From positions 3,168,001 through 3,232,000 of the forward strand of contig CBDBGH010000003.1 in NCBI GenBank assembly GCA_965205265.1: DNA of 64,000 bases, in the 5' to 3' direction. The number at the start of each line of letters is the position of its first letter. Positions within the stretch are counted from its first letter, which is position 1. The position numbers and the translations under genes were made by a program. Positions 1 through 11,042 of the stretch are shown here, one piece after another. The notes under the pieces are model-generated. The model ran no database searches. It saw nothing but the letters and a program-made list of their open reading frames with translations, and was not told where the DNA came from. The stretch comes from Alphaproteobacteria bacterium. Lineage in GTDB: Bacteria; Pseudomonadota; Alphaproteobacteria; Bin95.

Positions 1-1524
1 GATATAGGTCCACATCGCCCGGTAGGACTCGTCGAAGGCGAAGGCGTCGCCCAGGCTCTCGCGCTGCGTGTCCATCCAGATGTCGCCGATATCGCCCACT
101 GTCAGCTCGCTCCCGGCGCGCGCCTCGTGGAGCCGGCGCTCGAACTCGTAGAAGGCGATCTGGCGCACCACCGTGTTCAGCATGTCCTCGACCTTGCCGG
201 CGAGCAGCGCGCGGCGGCCCTCGGGCGGGGCCGTCTTCAGCATCGCCTGGAAGGTCAGCATCTCGCCGAAGACGGACGCCGTCTCGGCAAGGGTGAGCGG
301 CGTGGCGGCCAGGAAATGGCCCTGCCCCGCCGCCAGCGACTGGTGCACGCCGTGGCCGAGCTCATGCGCGAGCGTCGCCACGTCCCGCGTCCGGCCCTGG
401 TAGTTGAGCAGCACATAGGGGTGCGCGCCCGGCACCGTCGGATGCGAGAACGCGCCGGGCGCCTTTCCCGGCCGCGGCGGCGCGTCGATCCAGGCATTGT
501 CGAAGAAGTGCTGCGCGACCTCCGCCATGCGCGGCGAGAAGGCGGCGTAGGAGTCCAGCACGAGGCGCTTCGCCTCGGCCCAGGAATAGTCGCGCCGGTC
601 CGCCTCCGGCAGCGGCGCATTGCGGTCCCACCAGGCGAGCCTTTCCACGCCCAGCCACCCGGCCTTCAGGCGGTAATAGCGGTGGGAGAGCGCGGGATAG
701 GCCCGCTTGACCGCGCCGACCAGCGCATCGACCACCTCGTCCTCGACCCGGTTCTGCAGGTTGCGCGCGGAGACGGAGCGGGAGAAGCCGCGCCAGCGGT
801 CGTCGATCTCCTTGTCCTTGAGGAGCGTGTTGAGGATATGCGCGAAGAGCCGCTCGTTTTCCCCGAGCACCGTGGAGAGCGACGAGGCCGCCGCCCTGCG
901 CACGCCCGCATCGGCATGCGCGAGGCGGTCGAGCGCCTCCTCCATGGTGAGCCGGCGGTCGCGGAACGGGAAGCGCAGCGCGGCCAGCGTCTCGTCGAAA
1001 AGCCGCGTCCAGGCCGACGAGCCGGCCGTTTCGCGGTCGAGCAGCAGGCGCTCCATGTCCTCGGCAAGCTGGTGGGGGCGGAAGGACCGGCTCTGCTCCA
1101 GCCAGGGGCGGTAGCGGGCCAGCCGCCCGCTCTCCTCCAGCCGGCGCGCGAGAATGTCGTCGTCGATCTCGTTGAGTTCGAGCTGGAAGAAGACCGTGTG
1201 CGCGGCAATCTCCGCAAAGCGCTCCTGGATGGACTGGTGGAAGCGCCCGGTCTCCGGGCACGCCATGTCGCCCGCGCGCAGCAGGCCCGCATAGCTGAGC
1301 AGCCGGGCTAGGCGCTCATGGAGCCGCTCATAGGCCTCGACCGCCTCCGCCAGCTCTTCGCCGTCGATCTCCGCGAGCCGGCCCTTCCAGCGCTCCTCTA
1401 TGGCGCGGGCCTCGGCATGGGCGGTTTCGAGGTCGCGGGCGACATCGGGTCCGTCGGGCGCGCTGTAGAGGTCGGTCAGGTCCCAGACCGGCAGCGTGGC
1501 GCTCTCGCGCTCGGTATCGGGCAT
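1..1524 (-). CDS. pepF: Oligoendopeptidase F (M3B family), runs off the left edge
   Basis: Manual translation from ATG 1524: MPDTERESATLPVWDLTDLY..., later GAFSHPTVP and TLAHELGHGVHQ (HExxH) and LTLAETASVFGE. Not in the ORF track because it is truncated by the window edge. Confidence 0.9.
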   Translation of the reverse strand, partial: MPDTERESATLPVWDLTDLYSAPDGPDVARDLETAHAEARAIEERWKGRLAEIDGEELAEAVEAYERLHERLARLLSYAGLLRAGDMACPETGRFHQSIQERFAEIAAHTVFFQLELNEIDDDILARRLEESGRLARYRPWLEQSRSFRPHQLAEDMERLLLDRETAGSSAWTRLFDETLAALRFPFRDRRLTMEEALDRLAHADAGVRRAAASSLSTVLGENERLFAHILNTLLKDKEIDDRWRGFSRSVSARNLQNRVEDEVVDALVGAVKRAYPALSHRYYRLKAGWLGVERLAWWDRNAPLPEADRRDYSWAEAKRLVLDSYAAFSPRMAEVAQHFFDNAWIDAPPRPGKAPGAFSHPTVPGAHPYVLLNYQGRTRDVATLAHELGHGVHQSLAAGQGHFLAATPLTLAETASVFGEMLTFQAMLKTAPPEGRRALLAGKVEDMLNTVVRQIAFYEFERRLHEARAGSELTVGDIGDIWMDTQRESLGDAFAFDESYRAMWTYI

Positions 1525-1595
1525 TGCTAAACCTTGTCCCACGGGCGGTTCATCATACAGGGGCTCGGCATGAATGCGGATAGCGGGTCCGGCGG

Positions 1596-2474
1596 ATGAC
1601 GCCCGTCCGGCGGGGATACCTGTTCGCGGTCGCGTCCTCGCTCGGCCTCGGGCTCGCGATCGCGGCCTCGCGCGCGGCCTATGAGGGGGGTGCCACGCCC
1701 ATCGCGATCTCACCCGTGCGCGCCGTGCTGCTGGCGTCGATGCTCTGGCTCATCTGCCTCGCCACCCGGCGCAGCCTGCTGCTGCCGCGGCGCGACATGC
1801 TCTCCTGCCTCGGCCTCGGCGTGCTGGCGGCCCACATGTTCTACGGCAATATCGCGGCGGTGGAGACGATCCCGGTCGGCCTCGCCGCCCTCTGTTTCTT
1901 CGTCTATCCGCCGCTGGTGGGCGCGTTCTCCGCCGCGCTCGACCGGCGCTGGCCGAGCGCGGCGGTCATGGGCGCGCTGGCGCTCGCCTTCGCGGGCGTC
2001 GGGCTCGCGCTCGGCGTCGGCTTCGACGGCCTCGACCCGTTCGGCGTGTTCCTCGGGGTCTCGGCCGGCGTCGCCTGCTCGGTCAGCGTGCTCTGGCTCG
2101 CGCGCGGCATGGCGCATGCCGACCCGCTGCCGGTGATGTTCTGGTTCTCGGCGGTGGCGGCGGCGATCCTGGTGCCGATCGCGCTCTTCTCCGGGGAGGC
2201 GCGGCTGCCGGTGACCGCGGCGGGCTGGGCCGGGTGCCTCGCCGTGATCGTCTGCCAGGTCTCCTCGATCCCGCTCTACTACGCCGCCGTGCGCCTTGCC
2301 GGGGCCGAGAACACCTCCATGCTGAACAACCTCCAGCCGCTCACCAGCATCTTCGCCGCCTGGGCGCTCTACGGCGAGCGGCTCGGCCCCTGGCAATGGC
2401 TGGGCACCCTCATGGTGCTGGGCGGCATCCTCTGGATGCAGACGGCGCTGCGCCGCCGCTCTGAGGACAATTGA
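1596..2474 (+). CDS. DMT/EamA family transporter
   Basis: 292 aa, about 10 hydrophobic segments in two EamA-like halves, ending GERLGPWQWLG..LVLGG. Confidence 0.85.
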   Translation: MTPVRRGYLFAVASSLGLGLAIAASRAAYEGGATPIAISPVRAVLLASMLWLICLATRRSLLLPRRDMLSCLGLGVLAAHMFYGNIAAVETIPVGLAALCFFVYPPLVGAFSAALDRRWPSAAVMGALALAFAGVGLALGVGFDGLDPFGVFLGVSAGVACSVSVLWLARGMAHADPLPVMFWFSAVAAAILVPIALFSGEARLPVTAAGWAGCLAVIVCQVSSIPLYYAAVRLAGAENTSMLNNLQPLTSIFAAWALYGERLGPWQWLGTLMVLGGILWMQTALRRRSEDN

Positions 2475-2481
2475 GACGGGA

Positions 2482-2883
2482 TCAGATCGGGTTCGCGTCA
2501 GGAAGAACCGCAAAGCCGAGTTCCTCCGCAACGGAGCCTTGCCGGCCATCGAGCGTCGCGAAGGAAAGAGCGGATGGCTGTGGAAACACATAGAGGGCCG
2601 TCGCGACGTGCCAGAGGTCCGCGCCCCTGAGGCGGCCCGTCCCGAGGATCTTTGCGAACTCGGGCGCAAGCGGCCTGTCGGGTAGAATCCACTCGATCCC
2701 CGCAGTCGTGCTCTCCTGAAAGACCAGGTTCTCGCGCGCGAAGGCCGCCCTGAGCTCGGCTTCAAGCAGGTTGGACGAGATCAGGCGGTCGAATTCATCC
2801 AGCCGCCGGGCGCATGCCGCCGCGCCCGGTTCATCGAAAGCAATAGCCGCCAATACCGAGGTATCGACGTAAGCGATGCTCAT
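2482..2883 (-). CDS. PIN-domain VapC-type toxin
   Basis: AYVDTSVL start, LRGADLWHVATA, FATLD motifs; overlaps the antitoxin by 4 nt. Confidence 0.85.
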   Translation of the reverse strand: MSIAYVDTSVLAAIAFDEPGAAACARRLDEFDRLISSNLLEAELRAAFARENLVFQESTTAGIEWILPDRPLAPEFAKILGTGRLRGADLWHVATALYVFPQPSALSFATLDGRQGSVAEELGFAVLPDANPI

Positions 2884-3152
2884 TCCTCACGCTCGGCCAA
2901 GAACCTCGACAGGGCGCCCGGCCGCCGCTCCACCGGTCGGAGCGTCTGTCTCGGGACGGACGAACGAACGAGGGAACCGCTGCGTTCAAGGTCCGAAAGC
3001 CGCTCATCCAGCGTCGGTGTCCGCTCTATCGACCGGATTTCGGCCACCGGCTGACCCCGATAGGAGACGGTGACGACACGACCGTCCCGCACCTGCCTGA
3101 TGACCTCGGAAAACCGGGCCTTGGCCTCGTAGATCGAATAGTTGAGCGCCAT
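2880..3152 (-). CDS. Phd/YefM family antitoxin
   Basis: SIYEAKARFSEVIRQV...VTVSYRGQPVAEI. Confidence 0.88.
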   Translation of the reverse strand: MALNYSIYEAKARFSEVIRQVRDGRVVTVSYRGQPVAEIRSIERTPTLDERLSDLERSGSLVRSSVPRQTLRPVERRPGALSRFLAEREE

Positions 3153-3235
3153 GCATCGATATTATCTAGTCAGACTGGTTATGTCAACTGCCCATGCCCG
3201 GAAATCCGTCAGAGGCAGTAGATGCTGCCGAACGA

Positions 3236-4192
3236 CTATCCGCTTACCAGCGGCATGACCTCCTCGGCGAAGCGGGAGAGGCGCTCTTCGGTGCGCTCGA
3301 CGGAGCGGGCGGCGAAGTTCAGGAAGACGCAGCCGACGCCGAGCTCGCCGAGCGCGCGGAGGTCGCCGGCGCGCTCCTCCGCGCTGCCGGTGAGGAAGCG
3401 CCGGCCGCCCCCGCCGTCCTCCGCGGCCTCCTCGAAATGCCAGGGGGCGGAATAGGCGAGCCCGATCGAGGCGGGGTCGCGCCCGGCTTCTTCGGCGATC
3501 CGGAACAACAGGTCGCGCCGGTCCCGGTAGCGCTCCAGGCTGTCGAGCATGGCGCGCGGATTGTTGCCGATGGGATACCAGGCGTCGCCGAGGGCCGCGA
3601 CGCGGCGGAGCGCCGGCCGGCTCTCGCCGCCGATCCAGAGCGGCGGATGCGGCTTCTGCACCGGATGCGGCAGGGTCGAGACATTGGAGAAACCCGCATA
3701 GTCCCCGGCGAAGCTTGCGGGGTCCTCTGTCCAGACCGCCTTGAAGACGCGGAGATATTCGTCCGCGACCCGGCCGCGCTCGTCGAAGGGCGGCAGCCCC
3801 ACCGCCTCGAACTCCTCGCGCATCCACCCCACCCCGCAGCCGACCGTGACGCGCCCGCCGCTCAGCAGGTCGGCCGTCGCAAGCTGCTTCGCCGCCAGCA
3901 CCGGATTGCGGTGGGGCAGCACCATGACGGAGGTGATGAGCCGCGCCTTCTCCGTGACGCCGCAGAGGAAGGCGAGCAGCGCGATCATCTCCAGCGCCTC
4001 GCCAGACCGGCTGCCGGGGAAGTCGCCCGTCTCCGAATAGGGGTATTTCGACCCGATGTCGCGCGGGATCACGATGTGGTCCGAAACCGTGAGCGCCGCA
4101 TAGCCGAGCCGCTCGCCGGTCTGCGCGAGCCGCTTCTGGTCCGCCGGATTGGCGAGTGGGCCCCTGTGCGGAATGCTGAAACCGAAATCCAT
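3236..4192 (-). CDS. LLM-class (luciferase-like, putatively F420-dependent) oxidoreductase
   Basis: MDFGFSIP, VSDHIVIP, LSGGRVTVGCGVGWMREEF, PPLWIGG. Confidence 0.85.
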   Translation of the reverse strand: MDFGFSIPHRGPLANPADQKRLAQTGERLGYAALTVSDHIVIPRDIGSKYPYSETGDFPGSRSGEALEMIALLAFLCGVTEKARLITSVMVLPHRNPVLAAKQLATADLLSGGRVTVGCGVGWMREEFEAVGLPPFDERGRVADEYLRVFKAVWTEDPASFAGDYAGFSNVSTLPHPVQKPHPPLWIGGESRPALRRVAALGDAWYPIGNNPRAMLDSLERYRDRRDLLFRIAEEAGRDPASIGLAYSAPWHFEEAAEDGGGGRRFLTGSAEERAGDLRALGELGVGCVFLNFAARSVERTEERLSRFAEEVMPLVSG

Positions 4193-4353
4193 CCTGTCCC
4201 CCCTCGGGCCTCCGGGTCCGGCGCCGCGCCGGAAATCGGCCGCCAGCATAGCTCATCCGTTTCGCTGTGCATTTCCCCCGCGCATCGCCATTGGCGAAAC
4301 GGGCGGGATGCGGAATGCTGGCGGCCTCTTTGCCGGAAGACCGCCGAGCGCCG

Positions 4354-6945
4354 ATGAAAGCCGCCCGACCCGCCAGCAGCACGCCGATGATGGCGCAGTA
4401 TCTCGCCATTCGCGAGGCGCATCCGGGCTATCTCCTGTTCTACCGGATGGGGGATTTCTACGAGCTGTTCTTCGAGGACGCGGTGGCGGCCGCGGCCGCG
4501 CTCGACATCGCGCTCACAAAGCGCGGGCGCCATGACGGCGACGACATCCCGATGGCGGGCGTGCCGGTCCGCGCGCATGAGGCCTATCTGGAGCGGCTGA
4601 TTCGCAAGGGCTTCAAGGTCGCCATCTGCGAGCAGACGGAGGACCCGGCCGAGACCCGCAAGCGCGGCGGCGGCGCGGTGGTGGCGCGCGAGGTCGTCCG
4701 GCTCGTCACGCCGGGCACGCTCACCGAAGACTCGCTGCTGGACGCGCGCCGGCACAACTATCTGGCCGTGCTGGCCGAAGCGGGCGGCGGGGCGGCGCTC
4801 GCCTGGGCCGACATGTCCACCGGCGAATTCCGGGTCGAGAGCGTGACGCAGGAAAGCCTGCCGGCGCTGCTCGCACGCATCGAACCCTCCGAACTGGTCC
4901 TGCCCGAGAGGCTGCTGGACGCGACCGCCTTCGACGGCGCGGCGACGCCGCTGCCGGCCGCACGCTTCGACAGCGAGAATGCGCGCCGCCGCCTGCTGGA
5001 GGCGTTCGGGGTGGCGACGCTTGAGGGTTTCGGGCGCTTCGGGCGCGCCGAGACCGCCGCCTGCGGGGTGCTGGTGGACTATCTGGAACTGACGCAGAAG
5101 GGCCGCCTGCCGCGCCTGGAGCCGCCCCGGCCCGCGGGCCCCGGACAGGTGCTGGAGATCGACCCCGCGACCCGGCGGAACCTGGAGCTGACCGCAACGC
5201 TCGCCGGCGAGCGCCGGGGCAGCCTGCTCGCAACCATCGACCGGACACGGAGCGCGGCCGGCGGGCGCCTGCTGGCGGCGTGGCTCGCGGCGCCGCTGAC
5301 CGACCCGGCCGCCATCGCCGCGCGCCACGATGCCGTGGACCGGCTCTGCCGCGAGGACCGCCTCCGCCGGGAGCTTGCCGGCCGGCTCGCGCGCGCCCCG
5401 GACATCGAGCGCGCCCTCTCGCGGCTCGGGCTCGGGCGCGGCGGCCCGCGCGACCTTGCGGCCATTCGCGACGCGCTCGTTCTGGCGGGCGAGATCGCGG
5501 ACCTGTTCGACGCCCCGCCGCCGCTGCTGGCGGAGGCCTGCACGGCGCTCCGGGGCCACGGGGAGACGGCGGCGGCGCTGGCGGCGGCGCTCGGCCCCGA
5601 CCTTCCCCTCGCCGCGCGCGACGGCGGATTCGTGGCCGCCGGCCATGACGGCGAACTCGACCGGCTGCGCACGCTCCGCGACGACAGCCGCAAGACGGTG
5701 GCCGGTCTGCAGGCGCGCTATGCGGCCGAGACGGGCGCGGCCTCGCTCAAGATCCGCCACAACAACATCCTGGGATATTTCGTCGAGGTGACGCAGGCCG
5801 CCTCCGAGCGCCTCGTGGCCGACGACGCCTTCATCCACCGCCAGACCATGGCCAACTCCATGCGCTTCACCACGGTCGAGCTCGGCCGGCTGGAAGCGCA
5901 GATCGCGGGCGCTGCCGACCGGGCGCTGGCGGCTGAGCTCGCCATATTCGAGCGCCTGGCGGCCGAAGTGCTGGAACGGGGCGGCGGGATTGCGGCGGCC
6001 GCAGCCGCGCTCGCCCTGCTGGACACGGCCGCAGGACTGGCGGCGCTCGCCGTCGAATGCAACTGGAGCCGCCCGCTGGTGGACGACAGCCTCGCCTTCG
6101 AAATCGAGGGCGGGCGCCATCCGGTCGTCGAGGCGGCGCTGGACGAGCCCTTCGTCGCGAACGGTTGCGACCTCTCGCCGGGGCAGCGGCTCTGGCTCGT
6201 GACGGGGCCGAACATGGCCGGCAAGAGCACCTTCCTGCGCCAGAACGCGCTCATCGCCATCCTGGCCCAGATGGGCGGGTTCGTGCCGGCGGACCGCGCG
6301 CATATCGGGGCGGTGGACCGGCTGTTCAGCCGCGTCGGCGCCTCGGACGACCTCGCGCGCGGGCGGTCCACCTTCATGGTCGAGATGGTCGAGACGGCGG
6401 CGATCCTGAACCGGGCGGGCGAACGCTCGCTGGTGATCCTCGACGAGATCGGGCGCGGCACGGCGACCTTCGACGGCCTCTCCATCGCCTGGGCGGTGGT
6501 GGAGCAGCTTCACGAAGCCTGCCGCTGCCGGGCGCTGTTCGCCACGCACTACCACGAACTCACCCTGCTCGCCGGCAAGCTGGAGCGGCTCGCGCTGCGC
6601 ACCATGCGGGTCAAGGAATGGCAGGGCTCCGTCGTGTTCCTGCACGAGGTCGCGCCCGGCGCGGCGGACCGCTCCTACGGCATCCATGTGGCGCGGCTCG
6701 CCGGCCTGCCGCGCGCCGTGGTCGAGCGGGCCGAAGAGGTATTGCGCCTCCTGGAGACCGGCGAACAGGGAAGCGCCATCGCGCGGCTCGCCGAAGACCT
6801 GCCGCTCTTCGCCGCCGCCCGCAATCCCGGGGCCGCGCCGGAGCCGTCCGAAGCCGAAAAGGCCCTCGCCGCCCTCGACCCCGACGCCCTCACCCCGAGG
6901 GACGCGCTGGACCGGCTCTACGAACTGAAGCGGCTGCTGGGCTAG
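4354..6945 (+). CDS. mutS: DNA mismatch repair protein MutS
   Basis: [54 protein letters not shown]; start uncertain (4315 or 4354). Confidence 0.97.
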   Translation: MKAARPASSTPMMAQYLAIREAHPGYLLFYRMGDFYELFFEDAVAAAAALDIALTKRGRHDGDDIPMAGVPVRAHEAYLERLIRKGFKVAICEQTEDPAETRKRGGGAVVAREVVRLVTPGTLTEDSLLDARRHNYLAVLAEAGGGAALAWADMSTGEFRVESVTQESLPALLARIEPSELVLPERLLDATAFDGAATPLPAARFDSENARRRLLEAFGVATLEGFGRFGRAETAACGVLVDYLELTQKGRLPRLEPPRPAGPGQVLEIDPATRRNLELTATLAGERRGSLLATIDRTRSAAGGRLLAAWLAAPLTDPAAIAARHDAVDRLCREDRLRRELAGRLARAPDIERALSRLGLGRGGPRDLAAIRDALVLAGEIADLFDAPPPLLAEACTALRGHGETAAALAAALGPDLPLAARDGGFVAAGHDGELDRLRTLRDDSRKTVAGLQARYAAETGAASLKIRHNNILGYFVEVTQAASERLVADDAFIHRQTMANSMRFTTVELGRLEAQIAGAADRALAAELAIFERLAAEVLERGGGIAAAAAALALLDTAAGLAALAVECNWSRPLVDDSLAFEIEGGRHPVVEAALDEPFVANGCDLSPGQRLWLVTGPNMAGKSTFLRQNALIAILAQMGGFVPADRAHIGAVDRLFSRVGASDDLARGRSTFMVEMVETAAILNRAGERSLVILDEIGRGTATFDGLSIAWAVVEQLHEACRCRALFATHYHELTLLAGKLERLALRTMRVKEWQGSVVFLHEVAPGAADRSYGIHVARLAGLPRAVVERAEEVLRLLETGEQGSAIARLAEDLPLFAAARNPGAAPEPSEAEKALAALDPDALTPRDALDRLYELKRLLG

Positions 6946-7538
6946 ACGGCGGCCCACCGCCTGCCCTCGCGAAAGCGGGGGTCGCCCCGGCCGGAGCGAA
7001 GCGCCTGCCCCGGACCCCGGTTCGCGGCGAACATTACAGAATGTTCATATGTTCAGGAAAATTTCTCTGATATACTTGATTTTTCATAAATTCGTGCGAA
7101 TATGAAACCGGACGGCGGAAGCGGCGTTCGCAGAGCCGCTTCGTTTCGCCGTTCGCGCCGGCGCGAAAAAAGCCCCCGATTCGGCCAACAGGTGGGGTGC
7201 GCTCTGCGCTTGGCTCGCGCGCGCAAGCGCAGGCGGGCAATCAGGCGCGCGAACCGCGCCGGCGCGAAACGCCCGCCCGCGGGCGCGGGCGCCGGCGCGC
7301 ATGACGCGCGAATCAGGGTCCCGCCGCCCGGACGAACCGGCGGCGGGGAGAACGGAACGAAGATGGGTCGAAAGGAGAGATACATGCCGAAGACCGAAGC
7401 CGGGAAACCGGATGGAAACCCCGGAGCGTCCGTCCGAAACGGCGGCGTCATGCCTGAAACGGCTATCGCATATGCACTCACAGCATGCAAAACATGACAT
7501 TTCATGACGCGCCGCCGGGTCCCGCCGGCTCCGGACCG

Positions 7539-7568
7539 TTGACAGGCCGGCCGGCGCTCGCCTATAAG
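7539..7568 (+). promoter_or_regulatory. Sigma70-like promoter upstream of the leuA leader
   Basis: TTGACA (7539-7544), 18-nt spacer, TATAAG (7563-7568). Confidence 0.6.
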
Positions 7569-7575
7569 CCGGGCC

Positions 7576-7632
7576 ATGTTCGAACGCAGCGGCATTCTGC
7601 TTCTCGGCCTTACCGGCGCTCGCCGGGCCTGA
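7576..7632 (+). CDS. Putative leucine-responsive leader peptide of leuA (MFERSGILLLGLTGARRA)
   Basis: 18-codon ORF with CTG CTT CTC and a fourth Leu codon, 121 nt before leuA. Confidence 0.7.
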   Translation: MFERSGILLLGLTGARRA

Positions 7633-7753
7633 ACGGCTGCCCGGCGGGTGTAGCCCCTACCGCCGTCGAACTATCCCGACATCGCCAGAATTCTAAGCCG
7701 CGCCGCCTGTCCGATTCGGGCCCCGCGCGGAAACCGAGGACCGCTCAGCAGCC

Positions 7754-9439
7754 ATGCCCAGCACCGATCCGACCGACAAATACATCCCCTTCCAGCCCGT
7801 CGACCTGCCCGACCGCAGCTGGCCGGGCGCCGTCATCACCCGTCCGCCCGTCTGGTGCTCCGTCGATCTGCGCGACGGCAACCAGGCGCTCGTGGAGCCG
7901 ATGGGCCTCCGCCGGAAGCTGCGCATGTTCGAGGAGCTCGTGCGCCTCGGCTTCAAGGAGATCGAGGTTGGCTTCCCCTCCGCCAGCCAGACCGATTTCG
8001 ACTTCTGCCGCCATATCATCGACGAGGGCCTGGTCCCGGACGACGTCACCATCCAGGTGCTCACCCAGTCGCGCGACGAGCTGATCCGGCGCACCTTTGA
8101 GGCCATCGCCGGGTCGCGCCGGGCCATCGTCCATCTCTACAACTCGACCTCGACGCTGCAGCGCCGCGTCGTCTTCGGCCAGGACCGGGCCGGCATCACC
8201 AAGATCGCCGTGGACGGCGCGACGCTGATCCGCGAGCTCACGCCGACCGTGCCGGAGACGGAGGTCATCTACCAGTATTCGCCGGAGAGCTTCACCGGCA
8301 CCGAGCTCGACTACGCCAAGGAAATCTGCGACGCGGTCTCGGAGGTCTGGCAGCCGACGCCGGAGCGCAGGATGATCGTCAACCTGCCGGCCACGGTGGA
8401 GATGGCGACGCCCAATATCTACGCCGACCAGATCGAGTGGATGCACCGCAACCTCGCCCGGCGCGACAGCATCGTGCTGAGCCTGCACCCGCACAACGAC
8501 CGGGGCACGGGCGTGGCCGCCGCCGAGCTCGCCTTCATGGCGGGCGCCGAGCGCATCGAGGGCACGCTGTTCGGCAATGGCGAGCGCACCGGCAATGTCG
8601 ATATCGTGACGCTCGCGATCAACATGTACACCCAGGGCGTCGATCCCGGTCTCGACTTCTCCGACATCAACCGCACCATCGAGGTGGCGGAGCACTGCAA
8701 CCGGCTGCCGGTCCATCCCCGCCATCCCTGGGCGGGCGAGCTGGTCTATACCGCCTTCTCGGGCTCCCACCAGGACGCGATCAAGAAGGGCTTCACGGCG
8801 CTGGAGCAGGCGAACAGCCCGGTCTGGGAGGTTCCCTACCTGCCTATCGACCCGGCCGACCTCGGCCGCACCTACGAGACGGTCGTCAGGATCAACAGCC
8901 AGTCCGGCAAGGGCGGCATCGCCTATATCCTGGAGCGTTCATTCGGCGTCTCGCTGCCGCGCTCGGTGCAGATCGAGTTCAGCCAGCAGGTGCAGCAGAT
9001 CGCCGACGAGACCGAGGAGGAGCTGGCCCCGGCGCGCATCTGGGAGGCATTCGAGAAGGCGTATCTGAAGGCCAGTTCGCCGCTGGAGTTCGTCTCGGAC
9101 GCAACCCGCCCGGACCCCCACGCCTCGGAAATGCGGATCATCACCGCCACCTTGCGCGAGAACGGCGTCGAGCGGTCGATCACGGGCCGCGGCAACGGGC
9201 CGATCGACGCCTATATGGACGCGCTGCGCACCGCCTACGGCCTCGACCTCACGCTGACCGACTTCCACGAGCATGCGGTCGGCAAGGGCGCCGGCGCGAC
9301 GGCGGCGGCCTTCGTGCAGATGACGCGGCCGGACGGCGGCACCGTCCACGGCGCCGGCATGGACCCGGACATCGTCTCCGCCTCCCTCAAAGCCGTCACC
9401 AGCGCCGTCAACCGCGCCGGCAGCCTCGTGCTTTCGTGA
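7754..9439 (+). CDS. leuA: 2-isopropylmalate synthase (type 2)
   Basis: WCSVDLRDGNQAL, SLHPHNDRGT, GNGERTGNVD, RINSQSGKGG, C-terminal regulatory domain. Confidence 0.97.
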   Translation: MPSTDPTDKYIPFQPVDLPDRSWPGAVITRPPVWCSVDLRDGNQALVEPMGLRRKLRMFEELVRLGFKEIEVGFPSASQTDFDFCRHIIDEGLVPDDVTIQVLTQSRDELIRRTFEAIAGSRRAIVHLYNSTSTLQRRVVFGQDRAGITKIAVDGATLIRELTPTVPETEVIYQYSPESFTGTELDYAKEICDAVSEVWQPTPERRMIVNLPATVEMATPNIYADQIEWMHRNLARRDSIVLSLHPHNDRGTGVAAAELAFMAGAERIEGTLFGNGERTGNVDIVTLAINMYTQGVDPGLDFSDINRTIEVAEHCNRLPVHPRHPWAGELVYTAFSGSHQDAIKKGFTALEQANSPVWEVPYLPIDPADLGRTYETVVRINSQSGKGGIAYILERSFGVSLPRSVQIEFSQQVQQIADETEEELAPARIWEAFEKAYLKASSPLEFVSDATRPDPHASEMRIITATLRENGVERSITGRGNGPIDAYMDALRTAYGLDLTLTDFHEHAVGKGAGATAAAFVQMTRPDGGTVHGAGMDPDIVSASLKAVTSAVNRAGSLVLS

Positions 9440-9513
9440 GGGCGGACGGAGAAGGCCGGAAGCCGCGCCGCCCGCTTTGCCATGCCTGACCGCTTTCGAC
9501 AGAATGGGCGCCC

Positions 9514-11028
9514 ATGAGCCGCAAACGCTTCGTCGCGGCGCTGATGCGCCACGAGACCAACACCTTCTCGCCCGTGCCGACCCCGGTGTCCGCCTTCGGG
9601 CGCGTCGGGCCGACGGACAGGCCGGCGCGGGACGGGGAGGCGGTGCGCGTCTATCGCGGCACCAACAATCCGCTCGCCGCCTATATCGACATCGCCGAGC
9701 GCGAAGGCGCGGCGCTGGCCGTGCCGATTGCGGCCAACGCGCATCCGAGCGCGCCGGCGCCGGACGCGATCCTCGACCTCGTCGCCGACGCCGTGCTGGA
9801 AGCGGTCGGGCAGGGCTGCGACGCGCTCTTCCTCGACCTGCACGGCGCGATGGTGACGGAGGGCTTCGACGACGGCGAGGGCGAGCTGCTGCGCCGCATC
9901 CGGGCCGCGGCGCCGGACCTGCCGGTTGCGGTCGCGCTCGATTTCCACACCAACCTGACGCGCGACCTGGCGCTGCTGCCGACGGTGCTCGCCGGCTACC
10001 GCACCTATCCGCATATCGACATGTACGAGACCGGCATGCGGGCGGGCGAGGCGCTGCTCAAGGCCATGAACGGCGCGGCCGCGGCGACCGCCTGGCATTC
10101 CCTGCCGCTGATGCCGCACATGAACGTGCATTCGCCCTCGCGCCCGCCCATGCAAGCGATCATGGACCGCGCCAGCGCGGCCGAAGACAGCGGCGAGGTG
10201 CTGCTGGCCTCGGTGTTCGGCTGCTTCCCGCTCGCCGATATCGAGCATGTCGGCATTTCCGCCGTGGTGCAGGGGCCGGCGGACAGGGCGGAGCGGCTGG
10301 TGCTCGACCTGATGGGCGAGGCCTGGGAGAAGCGCGCCGACTTCCTGTTCGAAATCGAGGACATGGCGGGGTCCATATCCCGCGCCGCTGCGATGAAGGA
10401 CGGAGCCGGGCCCGTGCTGCTGGTCGATCACGGCGACAATACCGGGTCCGGCGGCAACCAGGATGTGATGGCGGCGCTCCGGGAATGCCTCCGGCAGGGC
10501 CTGACCGGCATGGCGGCGGGACCGTTCGCCGACCCGGAGGCCGTGGCGGAGATGATCGCCGCCGGCGTCGGCGCGGAGGTCGAGGTCGAGATCGGCGGCA
10601 AGACCGACATGCCCGCCATGGGGCTCGAGGGCGAGCCGCTCCGGCTTCGCGGCCGGGTGCGCCGGATCACGGACGGCGAGTTCACCGTCACCGGGCCGAT
10701 GTTCACCGGCGTCAGGCTTTCCATCGGGCGCACCGCCGTGCTCGACACGGGCGCGGCCGAGGTCGTCGTCTCGGAAGAGCGCTACGAGCCCTTCGATACG
10801 GGCTGCTTCACCCATTGCGGCATCGACCCGGCCGCCAAGCGCTATGTCCTCATCAAGTCGCGCCAGCATTTCCGCGCCGGCTTCGAGCCGATCGCGCGCG
10901 AAATCGTGATGCTGGCCGGGCCGGGAACGACCACCTCCGACTACAGCCTCTTTCCCTGGAAGAAGCTGCGCCGGCCGATCTACCCGCTCGATCCCGACAT
11001 TCCCTCGAACCTGCCGAGCCAAGCCTGA
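9514..11028 (+). CDS. M81 (MlrC-like) metallopeptidase
   Basis: HETNTFSP, LDLHGAMV, LDFHTN, YRTYPHID, KSRQHFRAGF. Confidence 0.9.
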   Translation: MSRKRFVAALMRHETNTFSPVPTPVSAFGRVGPTDRPARDGEAVRVYRGTNNPLAAYIDIAEREGAALAVPIAANAHPSAPAPDAILDLVADAVLEAVGQGCDALFLDLHGAMVTEGFDDGEGELLRRIRAAAPDLPVAVALDFHTNLTRDLALLPTVLAGYRTYPHIDMYETGMRAGEALLKAMNGAAAATAWHSLPLMPHMNVHSPSRPPMQAIMDRASAAEDSGEVLLASVFGCFPLADIEHVGISAVVQGPADRAERLVLDLMGEAWEKRADFLFEIEDMAGSISRAAAMKDGAGPVLLVDHGDNTGSGGNQDVMAALRECLRQGLTGMAAGPFADPEAVAEMIAAGVGAEVEVEIGGKTDMPAMGLEGEPLRLRGRVRRITDGEFTVTGPMFTGVRLSIGRTAVLDTGAAEVVVSEERYEPFDTGCFTHCGIDPAAKRYVLIKSRQHFRAGFEPIAREIVMLAGPGTTTSDYSLFPWKKLRRPIYPLDPDIPSNLPSQA

Positions 11029-11042
11029 AGGAGGCAGCAGCC

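Noticed and set aside
7020-7056. Alphaproteobacterial LexA box
   Set aside because: GTTC/GAAC units are present but not at the N7 spacing.
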